A stretch of DNA of 64,000 nt, from NCBI GenBank assembly GCA_965261445.1, contig CBDHCW010000011.1, forward strand, positions 967 to 64,966, written 5' to 3'. Position numbers and translations under genes: made by a program. Shown piece after piece: positions 32,923-41,109 of the stretch; the stretch's first letter is position 1, and each line of letters starts with the position of its first letter. This DNA is from Dehalococcoidia bacterium. Lineage in GTDB: Bacteria; Chloroflexota; Dehalococcoidia; Lucifugimonadales; QGNO01. A model generated the notes under the pieces. The model was not told the DNA's origin, searched no databases, and saw only the letters and a program-made list of their open reading frames with translations.

Positions 32923-33166
32923 TGCAAATCCGGCAAGAGCGTCGTCGCCAACCGTTCCCTAAGCCGCGCTTGGCCGGCTGTAATTGTACGGTCTGCCGTG
33001 TAAATTAGCATTACTTCTGAACGGATTTCGTACGAGTTACTTCTTGTAAACCTCCGGCAGACCCCATCTGGTCCATCCTCTCGTTGCGTCCCATTCTGGT
33101 TGCCCGCTTGCCGCCGCTTTGCTAGGGTACGGCGCAATGTAACCGTTGGACGAGAGGTTCTGCAGG

Positions 33167-33706
33167 ATGGATACTTTCCTCACGGTCTTGAGTTGGACGA
33201 CTCCGCCCATTGTCGGCGCTCTCATTGGCTACGCGACGAACAGGATCGCCATCAAGATGCTCTTCCGCCCTCTCCGGGCAAAGCGTCTATTTGGATGGCG
33301 CCTTCCTCTGACCCCGGGTGTCATCCCCCGCAACCACGAGGCGCTGGCGGCGAACATTGGCGCCGTGGTGGGAAGAGAGCTGCTGTCGGAGGACGCCATT
33401 CGCAACTATCTGGATGACCCCGAGTTCCGCAGCGCCTTGGAGCACCTTATGCGCGTCAACTTCATACCGAACAGGAGGTTGAGGGAACGGCTTTATCGGC
33501 TTGTGGTGGATAAGATGGTCAAGTTTCGCAACGAGATCGAAGTGGACAAGCGCATCGAGGACCGGGTCAAACAGTACGACGTCAATGACATGGAGGGCAT
33601 GATTCTGAGGGTAACGCAGCAGCACCTGAGGTGGATAAGCTGGTTTGGCGCCCTTCTTGGCGCACTGATTGGCTGTCTCCAGCTTGTGTTGAATGTGTTG
33701 AGCTAG
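33167..33706 (+). CDS. Short DUF445-family membrane-anchored protein
   Basis: GALIGYATNRIAIKMLFRP; C-terminal GALLGALIG. Confidence 0.82.
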   Translation: MDTFLTVLSWTTPPIVGALIGYATNRIAIKMLFRPLRAKRLFGWRLPLTPGVIPRNHEALAANIGAVVGRELLSEDAIRNYLDDPEFRSALEHLMRVNFIPNRRLRERLYRLVVDKMVKFRNEIEVDKRIEDRVKQYDVNDMEGMILRVTQQHLRWISWFGALLGALIGCLQLVLNVLS

Positions 33707-33740
33707 CCCCCGCATTCGCCGTAGGCGAGCGCTGGGGGTC
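33705..33740. terminator. Hairpin between convergent genes
   Basis: CCCCC...TCGCC-GTA-GGCGA...GGGGG. Confidence 0.45.
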
Positions 33741-33746
33741 GGCCGT

Positions 33747-34073
33747 CTACTCTCCCTCCGTTGGTTGCATGAACAGCTGATGCAGTGCTTCCCGTTCCTT
33801 GCCGGGCAGAGGGTAGACGTTCCGGTTGGCCGTGTCCGTTTCAGCCACCAACCGCTGGGGCAGATTCGTCCAAAGATTCTCGTCCTCCTTCAGCAGGCAG
33901 GCGCTGTTGAGGGTGAAGTAGGCCTTACCGGTATCGGTCTCGTTGAGGTAAGTCCCGGGAATAGGTTGACCCTGCTCGTCGCTCCAGCGTAGTGTCTTGT
34001 TGCTCCGTCCTAGTTTGGCGGGCGCCCAGATCCCCATGTCTTTCAGCAGTTGACGGCAGTCCTGATAGTTCAT
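33747..34073 (-). CDS. Hypothetical protein
   Basis: SD GGAG before ATG at 34073; follows the 232-aa gene. Confidence 0.65.
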   Translation of the reverse strand: MNYQDCRQLLKDMGIWAPAKLGRSNKTLRWSDEQGQPIPGTYLNETDTGKAYFTLNSACLLKEDENLWTNLPQRLVAETDTANRNVYPLPGKEREALHQLFMQPTEGE

Positions 34074-34083
34074 GATGGGACTC

Positions 34084-34782
34084 CTACTTTCTGAACAGCC
34101 CCAGGAACCGCGTCTCGTAGTGCTCAAACAGCCCCCACCTTACCAGTTCCTTGTGCAGCAGGCCGGGGTCCTGCCCCTGCTTCACCTGCTGGAACAGCTC
34201 CTCTATCCTCTGTATGGCGCCCCTGGGCACGTCCATCGGCGGCACCGGGTCCAGCAAGCCCATTGCTTCCATCTCCCTGGCATTGGACTCCGACGACTGC
34301 GCCGTGTAGTCGTAGATGAACTTGAACAGGGACACGTCCCACAACTCGTCCAGGCCGCTGAGCACCACCGCCGTTCCTACGCCCCTCTCGTCAAGGTCTT
34401 TGCCTATCCGCTCCGCTACCGCCCGCACGTGGCCGTTGACAATCTCCAGTCCCCCAGGCTCGTTGCGGTACTTGTACAGTATGCCCGGACTATTGACGCC
34501 GAACTGCTCTGCCTGGTGTTGCATGTACTCCCGCACCTCTTCGCTGAATCCCTCAAGGTTCAGCATATAACCCGGCGTCACAATATCGGGCTTCTGAGCC
34601 ATGACCCGTCCGTCCCTGACCACCGCTTCATCTTCGCCATCGTCGATCTCGCGGTAGGCGGGCTCCGTCACCACGTAATATCTGAGGTCGGTCACGCCAA
34701 ACGTGGCAAGCCGCTGCTTGGGCGATCGTATCACCCTTGTCAGGTCCACAGCTCTTGCTATCCTGCGCTGCTCTTCGTACAT
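34084..34782 (-). CDS. Hypothetical protein
   Basis: 232-aa ORF with protein-like composition (LATFGVT.LRYY, GLFEHYETRFLGLF). Confidence 0.78.
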   Translation of the reverse strand: MYEEQRRIARAVDLTRVIRSPKQRLATFGVTDLRYYVVTEPAYREIDDGEDEAVVRDGRVMAQKPDIVTPGYMLNLEGFSEEVREYMQHQAEQFGVNSPGILYKYRNEPGGLEIVNGHVRAVAERIGKDLDERGVGTAVVLSGLDELWDVSLFKFIYDYTAQSSESNAREMEAMGLLDPVPPMDVPRGAIQRIEELFQQVKQGQDPGLLHKELVRWGLFEHYETRFLGLFRK

Positions 34783-34930
34783 CTTTGAGTTCTCTTATAT
34801 TACTATACTGTCAGCACGCCTAAGTCATATCCAGTTTTGGCCTCGTCGCCGTCGCTACGCGGGGGACTACAAATATAACATCAAGAAGCGCGGCAAATAT
34901 GCCTCTTTCTCCCTGCGCTACAATAGACGT

Positions 34931-35194
34931 ATGGAATTCCACCAAATCAAGGCACTGTTTGAATCGGAGCTTGTCCGCGAGCTTGGTGCGGAGCATCCGT
35001 TCCGCATGGTGCCCACCGGCCAGTGGACCGGGCGATGCACCGAAGGCGAAGGCGAAGTCCACTTGGAAGACATCCCCCGCGCCTGCTTCGACTGCCACAA
35101 AATCCACGTGCCTGCCCGGGAATACGACGATTTTACGGATGCGCGCGTCGGCGCATCCGTGGAGATGATCGTAGAGCAGCTTGAAAGAGGCTGA
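34931..35194 (+). CDS. Small hypothetical protein with CxxCH, probably leaderless
   Basis: TACAAT 6 nt before ATG; 87 aa; CFDCH. Confidence 0.6.
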   Translation: MEFHQIKALFESELVRELGAEHPFRMVPTGQWTGRCTEGEGEVHLEDIPRACFDCHKIHVPAREYDDFTDARVGASVEMIVEQLERG

Positions 35195-35365
35195 ACGTTT
35201 GGGCAAGGTCTTGCTAACGCCGCGGCGAGTCGCTTAATATAGTTTGCGTCTAATGCTTCAGAACGGATTCTCACATAGGAGTAACCTCCGGGGGCCAACC
35301 ACCCCCGGTGTCACCGCTTGGGTATAGCTGCGACAACTGGCTGTTAGCTACACCGGAGGTGACCC

Positions 35366-37120
35366 GTGGAACAAATCAACGTAGGTTCTGAAGACGTATC
35401 CCCTGAAATCGCCGATTACCGCTACCGTTTGCGGCATTCCGCCGCCCACGTCATGGCTGAGGCTGTCCTGGAGCTTTTCCCTGAGGCCAAGCTGGCCATA
35501 GGCCCGCCCACGGACAACGGCTTCTACTACGATTTCCTTGTCTCACGACCCTTTACCCCTGAGGACCTGGGAGCTATAGAGAACCGCATGGGGCAGAGCA
35601 TACGCGCCGGTCTGCCCTTCACGGGCCGCGAGCTTTCCCCTGAGCAGGCTAAAAAGCTGCAAAAGGATCAGCCATTCAAGCTGGAGATCATTGATGACCT
35701 TCCGCCCGGAGCGGCCATAACCTTTTACAGGCACGGCAACTTTGAAGACCTCTGCCGTGGGTCGCACGTAGATTCCACCGCTGAGATCAAGGCCTTCAAG
35801 TTGCTCTCCGTGGCCGGCGCATACTGGCGCGGCGATGAAAAGCGTCCCATGCTGCAGCGCATCTACGGCACCGCTTTCGAGTCCAAGGACAAGCTGGATG
35901 CCTATGTGGACAAGCTGGAAGAGGCCCAGCGGCGCGACCATCGCCGCCTTGGCACCGAGCTTGACCTGTTCATCATAGACCCCATAGCCCCGGCCAGCCC
36001 CTTCTTCCTCCCCAAGGGCACCGTGGTCTATCACGCCCTGATGAGCTACGTCAGGGACCTCTACAAGCGGCACGGCTACCAGGAAGTGATAACCCCGCAG
36101 ATATTCGATACCGAGCTGTGGCAGCGCTCCGGCCACTACCAGAACTACCAGGAGAATATGTACGTCATCCACCAGGACCAGCGTGAGTACGCCGTGAAGC
36201 CCATGAACTGCCCGGCCCACGCCTTGATCTACGCCTCACGGCTTCACTCCTACCGTGACCTCCCCCTCCGCATCGCCGACTTTGGCAGGCTTCACCGCTA
36301 CGAGCGCTCTGGGGTTATCCACGGCCTGACCAGGGTACGCACCTTCTCACAGGACGACGCGCATATTTTCTGCACGCCTGACCAGATTGCCACGGAGGTT
36401 CTCACGCTCATCCGCATGTACCGGCAGACCTACTCTCTGTTCAAATTCGATCGCGTACGCATCGCCCTCTCCCTGAGGCCGGAGAGGCGAGTGGGTTCCG
36501 ATGAGATGTGGGACAGGGCTGAGCTGGCGCTGCGCAGCGTGCTGGAAGAGACGGGCCTTCCCTTTGAACACTTCCCCGGTGAAGGCGCTTTCTACGGCCC
36601 TAAGATAGACTTCTTCGTTCCCGATGCCCTAGACCGCGAATGGCAGTTGGGCACCATCCAACTCGACTTCTCCCTGCCTGAGCGGTTCGATCTGGAATAC
36701 GTGGACCACGACAGCTCAAGACGGCGCCCCGTGGTGCTGCACAAGGCCATGGTCGGCTCGCTGGAGAGGTTCATGGGCGTTCTGATAGAGCACTATGAGG
36801 GCGCATTCCCCGTTTGGCTGGCGCCTGTCCAGGCCGTAGTCATACCCATCGCCGACAGGCACGTGGAGTATGCCAGGCAGGTCTCGCAGCGGCTGGCCCA
36901 GAACGACCTCCGCGTCGATGTCGATGACCGCAACGAGAGGATGAACGCCAAGGTCCGTGACGGCCAGCTGAAGAAGGTCCCGTACATGCTCATCGTTGGT
37001 GACCGCGAGGCCCAATCGGACAGCGTCTCCGTGCGCCTGCGCTCCAACGAAGACCTGGGTTCCATGCCCGTGGAGCAGGCCCTAACTTCTATCAAAGAGG
37101 CCGTTGCGGCATACACCTAG
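35366..37120 (+). CDS. thrS: Threonine--tRNA ligase (lacks TGS domain)
   Basis: RHSAAH, DLCRG.H, KPMNCP, QDDAHIF. Confidence 0.97.
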   Translation: MEQINVGSEDVSPEIADYRYRLRHSAAHVMAEAVLELFPEAKLAIGPPTDNGFYYDFLVSRPFTPEDLGAIENRMGQSIRAGLPFTGRELSPEQAKKLQKDQPFKLEIIDDLPPGAAITFYRHGNFEDLCRGSHVDSTAEIKAFKLLSVAGAYWRGDEKRPMLQRIYGTAFESKDKLDAYVDKLEEAQRRDHRRLGTELDLFIIDPIAPASPFFLPKGTVVYHALMSYVRDLYKRHGYQEVITPQIFDTELWQRSGHYQNYQENMYVIHQDQREYAVKPMNCPAHALIYASRLHSYRDLPLRIADFGRLHRYERSGVIHGLTRVRTFSQDDAHIFCTPDQIATEVLTLIRMYRQTYSLFKFDRVRIALSLRPERRVGSDEMWDRAELALRSVLEETGLPFEHFPGEGAFYGPKIDFFVPDALDREWQLGTIQLDFSLPERFDLEYVDHDSSRRRPVVLHKAMVGSLERFMGVLIEHYEGAFPVWLAPVQAVVIPIADRHVEYARQVSQRLAQNDLRVDVDDRNERMNAKVRDGQLKKVPYMLIVGDREAQSDSVSVRLRSNEDLGSMPVEQALTSIKEAVAAYT

Positions 37121-37166
37121 CCCACCCCTCTCCACTCACCCTTGCATGGATTCCACCTCATTTTGT

Positions 37167-37830
37167 ATTGCGAGGAACCGAACCAATCCAGCGGGGGTGG
37201 GCATACGGTCTCAGGGCAGGTACAAGTTACGTATCATCAAACGTGTTGGTCCACTAGGATTGGATTGCCGTCAGGGTCGGTTAGCACAAAGCTCGCCGGT
37301 CCTGTGCTGCGTTCGTCTGCTTCAACTTGTAGCTGTAGGCCTTCCGCTTTGAACTGCCGCTGCATGTCGCGCACGTCTGTATAGGTTTCGAGGTTTTGGC
37401 CCTGGCTATCCCACCCTGGATTGAAAGTCAGTATGTTCTTTTCGAACATCCCCTGGAAGATACCTATCGTGCAACTCCCGTTCCTTAGTATCTGCCAGTT
37501 TTCTGAAGGCTCACCTGCTACGACTTCGAATCCCAGCTTCTCGTAGAAGGTTCTCGAAGCCTTGAGGTCTTGGACAGCCAAACTAACCGAAAAGGCGCCA
37601 AGATCCATGTTGCTCCTCCCAATTTGCAAATTTGGTCTCTCATGGCCTACGAGTTACCCGAGTGACTGGCTTTATGTGCTGCTAAGGTCAAATCTGGGCC
37701 TAAACAAAGCCCCGTGTCCTTCTACGGTCGAGTTTACCATGTCTAAGAATCTGATTTTCTGTCATTGTGAGGAACCGAAAGCAATCCAGCGGTGGGCGGC
37801 TGTCACTTACAGGCTCCCCGCAATGACGGG
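37167..37830. repeat. Degenerate GTCATT-type repeats flanking the VOC gene
   Basis: ATTG(C/T)GAGGAACCGAA..CAATCCAGCGG at 37167-37194 and 37764-37792; inverted arm CGCAATGACG near 37819-37828. Confidence 0.65.
37237..37608 (-). CDS. VOC/glyoxalase family protein
   Basis: SLAVQDLKASRTFYEKLGF, DPDGNPI. Confidence 0.88.
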   Translation of the reverse strand: MDLGAFSVSLAVQDLKASRTFYEKLGFEVVAGEPSENWQILRNGSCTIGIFQGMFEKNILTFNPGWDSQGQNLETYTDVRDMQRQFKAEGLQLQVEADERSTGPASFVLTDPDGNPILVDQHV

Positions 37831-37974
37831 GTGGATTGCGGTTTCGTATAAAAGTGTGCATACAGCTAGCACCGGAAGCCAGGGGCGTGCTCATCCGCAA
37901 ACCTTTACTGCTTCAGCCATGCTGTGGTATATTCCTCACCTATCAATTCGAAAGAAAAAGAGAGGTGACTGAGG

Positions 37975-38559
37975 ATCGCTAGAGAGTACCGGGCCAACAG
38001 GGCTATACGCTCACCCAGCGTTCGCGTTGTAGATGAACAGGGTCAGCAGCTAGGCATCATGAGAATCCAGGAAGCCATGGCATTAGCCCAGGAGCGGGAT
38101 CTGGACTTGGTGGAGGTTGCACCCGGCGCCGACCCTCCCGTCTGCCGTTTGCTGGACTACGGACGTTTCCGTTACGAGCAGGCTAAAAAGGAAAAGGAAG
38201 CCAAGAAATCCCAGAAGTCTGTTGAACTCCGTGAAGTGCGGCTCAGGCCCAACATCGGTCAGCATGACCTGGATGCCAAGGAGCGCACCATCAAGAAGTT
38301 CCTGGACAGCGGAGCCAAGGTAAAGGTGACCGTCCTCTTCAGGGGAAGGTCCATTACTCACCCGGAGTTGGGTATCTCGCTTCTTCGCAAAGTTGCTGAG
38401 GGCTTGCAGAGCATCTCCAAGCTGGAGAAGGCCCCCACCATGGAGGGGCGTATGCTCAGCATCATTCTGGCGCCTGGTGCAGTTCCAGGCAAAGGGACTG
38501 CCAAAACACAGGAGACAGCCGGCACGCCGTCGGAAAAAGCCGAGCTTGTCAGTCTCTAG
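37975..38559 (+). CDS. infC: Translation initiation factor IF-3, non-canonical ATC start
   Basis: In-frame upstream IAREYRANRAIR...VRVVDEQG after SD GAGGTG; LDLVEVAP...PPVC. Confidence 0.93.
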   Translation: MAREYRANRAIRSPSVRVVDEQGQQLGIMRIQEAMALAQERDLDLVEVAPGADPPVCRLLDYGRFRYEQAKKEKEAKKSQKSVELREVRLRPNIGQHDLDAKERTIKKFLDSGAKVKVTVLFRGRSITHPELGISLLRKVAEGLQSISKLEKAPTMEGRMLSIILAPGAVPGKGTAKTQETAGTPSEKAELVSL

Positions 38560-38574
38560 TTCTCAGAGAAACAG

Positions 38575-38775
38575 ATGCCAAAACTCAAGACACACAAAGG
38601 TGCAAAGGCCCGCTTTCGCTACTCAGGCGGCGGCAAGGCGTTGCGAATGAAGGGCATGAGCAGCCACTTGCGGCGCAAGAAGTCCAAGCGCTCCCGCCGC
38701 ATGTTCGATGATACGTTGCCCGTAAGCAAGGCGGACAAGCCCAAGTTGCGCCGTCTCATTCCCTATGCTAAATAG
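38575..38775 (+). CDS. rpmI: 50S ribosomal protein L35
   Basis: MPKLKTHKGAKARF. Confidence 0.95.
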   Translation: MPKLKTHKGAKARFRYSGGGKALRMKGMSSHLRRKKSKRSRRMFDDTLPVSKADKPKLRRLIPYAK

Positions 38776-38821
38776 GGACCGCCCGGATACCTGGACGTGA
38801 CCTGCATTCAAAGGAGACATT

Positions 38822-39223
38822 TTGGCTAGAGTCAAACGCGGTGTGACCAAGCACCGGCGACGCGCTAAAGTTCTTTCCCTCACCAGGGGGCACAAGGGAG
38901 TACGACACCGCCTTTACAGGAGGGCCAAAGAGTCGCTCACCAAGGCCATGGCCTACTCCTACGCTCACCGCAGAGAGCGCAAAGGCGACTTCCGACGCCT
39001 CTGGATACTGCGCATAAGCGCTGCTGCCAGGCAGGAAGGGCTCAACTACAATACGTTCATTCATGGCCTCAAGCTGGCGAACGTGGAAGTAGACCGGAAG
39101 ATGCTGGCGGACATTGCCGTCATGGACCGGGCGGCTTTTTCCCAGTTGACGGCCACTGCCAAGCAACACCGGGCGGCTTTTTCCCAGTTGACGGCCACTG
39201 CCAAGCAACACCTGGCCGCTTAG
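38822..39223 (+). CDS. rplT: 50S ribosomal protein L20 with a 14-aa duplication
   Basis: MARVKRG, FRRLWILRISAA. Confidence 0.95.
   Translation: MARVKRGVTKHRRRAKVLSLTRGHKGVRHRLYRRAKESLTKAMAYSYAHRRERKGDFRRLWILRISAAARQEGLNYNTFIHGLKLANVEVDRKMLADIAVMDRAAFSQLTATAKQHRAAFSQLTATAKQHLAA
39126..39209 (+). repeat. Perfect 42-bp tandem duplication
   Basis: ACCGGGCGGC...AAGCAAC twice, bounded by ACC microhomology. Confidence 0.95.
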
Positions 39224-39272
39224 CCTGGGGCGCAAACGCGGAAAGGGCGGCGTTGCCGGAGCCAGAGGCCGG

Positions 39273-39740
39273 TTAGGAAGATTCCTCCACGGGCTCAGAC
39301 GGAGGGGTTTCCATCACTATCCCGTAGAACCTGTCCCCGGCTAGAATCCTGAAAATCTTGTTAGGAGTTGGGTCTCTTGGGTTGGTGGGATCTGTCCACC
39401 TTTCTTGTAGCTCGTCCAGGATTTCTTCCACGGAGAGCGGCCCCCCCCGGTGGCCCAGCAGGATGCGGAACACCGCCTCCATGATAGGCATGCCGTACTT
39501 TATGTAGTCCGGCTGCTTGGAGCACTGCTCAGCTATGCGCTTCAAGTGCTCCTTGGCTTTTATGCTCAGCCCTTGATCCGGCTCGTTGATCAGCGTTGCC
39601 CAGCATGAGGGGCAACGCCTGTGCAACAACAGCAAGCCCATAGAGCGACCCAGGGATTCCAATCTCCCAGGGTCCACCTTGAAGGTAGCCGCCAGGTATC
39701 TAGAGTCTTGTTCTTCTTCCTGATCTAAGACCACGTTCAT
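39273..39740 (-). CDS. Hypothetical protein (CxxC, possible C-terminal HTH)
   Basis: RRCPSC...C; EAVFRILL...PLSVEEI. Confidence 0.7.
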   Translation of the reverse strand: MNVVLDQEEEQDSRYLAATFKVDPGRLESLGRSMGLLLLHRRCPSCWATLINEPDQGLSIKAKEHLKRIAEQCSKQPDYIKYGMPIMEAVFRILLGHRGGPLSVEEILDELQERWTDPTNPRDPTPNKIFRILAGDRFYGIVMETPPSEPVEESS

Positions 39741-39756
39741 CTCCCATATTAGCTGA

Positions 39757-41070
39757 TTATTCCTTGTCCCAGTCCAGCATCTGGACTTGCACAATCCGGC
39801 CTTTCTCCATTATCTCCACGTCCTCAGGGCAGATGGCAAGGCCGTTTGCCCTAGCCATGGAGGTCAGAATATTCGATCCTTGAGGCCCCGTAAGGCGTGC
39901 GTAGTAGGTCTGGTCTCTTTTTGTCACTATAGCCCTGGCGTACACGCGTCGTCCGTCGCTGTTGATGATGGGGTCCTCCAGTACGGCTTCCACCGTAGGC
40001 TTTTCCAGTTTTGTACGGCCCATCATCTTCAAAATAGCCGGCCGGCCCAGCTGTTCAAACGCCACCATGGCGCTAGCGGGGTTCCCCGGCAGGCCAAGGT
40101 GGGGTATTTTGCGCCCGTCAGGGCCCCTCAGCATTCCGAACGCTATGGGTTTGGCCGGTCGCATTCTAACCGACCAAAAGGCTATTTCGCCACGCTCCGC
40201 CAGGACGTCTTTGACCATGTCATAGTCGCCCTTGGAAACTCCTGCTGACGTTATCAGCATGTCCGCCTTCAGCCCTCGTTCCAGCGCTTCAGCCATGGAA
40301 TCCATGTTGTCCCTGGCAATTCCCAGTACCCCGGGTACCCCTCCGTACCGTTTGACCGACGCCGCTATGCCGTAGCTATTGCTATCGTATATCTTTCCTG
40401 CCTCCGGTTGCTGCCCGGGCTCCAGTAACTCGTCTCCCGTGGCCAGCACGGCTACCATTGGGCGCCGCACGACCTTCACAGAGCAGTATCCCAGCGATGC
40501 CAGCACTCCAATTTCGCTGGCTCTGAGCACAGTGCCCTTGACCAGGGTCACATCACCCTTCTCAACGTCTTCCGCCGCCCGGCGCACAAATTCGCCCCTG
40601 GGAACCTCTTTCCTTACCAGAACCTCGTCGATGGGGCGTCCTGCGGCACTCCGTTCCACCTCGTCGGTCTCTTCAAAGGGGACTACGGTATCAGCGCCGG
40701 GCGGTATGGGCGCTCCCGTCATTATCCGTACCGCCGTGCCTTCGCTGACCGTAGTACGCGGGATCTGGCCCGCGGCCACGTAGTCCGCCACCCTAAGCAG
40801 TCTGCTTCGCTGGGGAGTTGCGCCTTCTATATCCGCGTGACGCACGGCGTAACCGTCCATAGCCGAGTTGTCCAAAGGCGGTATGTCGAAGCTGGCTACG
40901 GCATCCTCCGCCAGCACTTGACCCTGCGCTTCCAGCAGAGGCACGTCCTCAGCTTCCAGGACTGGGCTTAGCGCCAGAACTTTGTCCCTGGCTTCCTCAA
41001 CAGATAGCATATCCTCTGAATGGCTATGCCTGTGTTCTCCAGTAGTTATCATCTTTAGCAGTGGGCTCAC
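39757..41070 (-). CDS. moeA: Molybdopterin molybdenumtransferase
   Basis: NSAMDGYA, IMTGAPIP, TGDEL, GLPGNP; start uncertain. Confidence 0.93.
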   Translation of the reverse strand: MSPLLKMITTGEHRHSHSEDMLSVEEARDKVLALSPVLEAEDVPLLEAQGQVLAEDAVASFDIPPLDNSAMDGYAVRHADIEGATPQRSRLLRVADYVAAGQIPRTTVSEGTAVRIMTGAPIPPGADTVVPFEETDEVERSAAGRPIDEVLVRKEVPRGEFVRRAAEDVEKGDVTLVKGTVLRASEIGVLASLGYCSVKVVRRPMVAVLATGDELLEPGQQPEAGKIYDSNSYGIAASVKRYGGVPGVLGIARDNMDSMAEALERGLKADMLITSAGVSKGDYDMVKDVLAERGEIAFWSVRMRPAKPIAFGMLRGPDGRKIPHLGLPGNPASAMVAFEQLGRPAILKMMGRTKLEKPTVEAVLEDPIINSDGRRVYARAIVTKRDQTYYARLTGPQGSNILTSMARANGLAICPEDVEIMEKGRIVQVQMLDWDKE

Positions 41071-41109
41071 TTGCCGACGGAATCAGGCTGCCGGCCCCAT
41101 TGGGTTGTG

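Noticed and set aside
33010-33057. Similarity to the thrS leader (CTTC.GAACGGATT...AACCTCCGG)
   Set aside because: Two short blocks with different spacing; not distinguishable from chance by eye
30136-35194. Integron cassette array
   Set aside because: No integrase, no convincing attC sites, and mixed gene orientations
37975-37977. ATC start of infC as a novelty
   Set aside because: Non-AUG initiation of infC is established autoregulation
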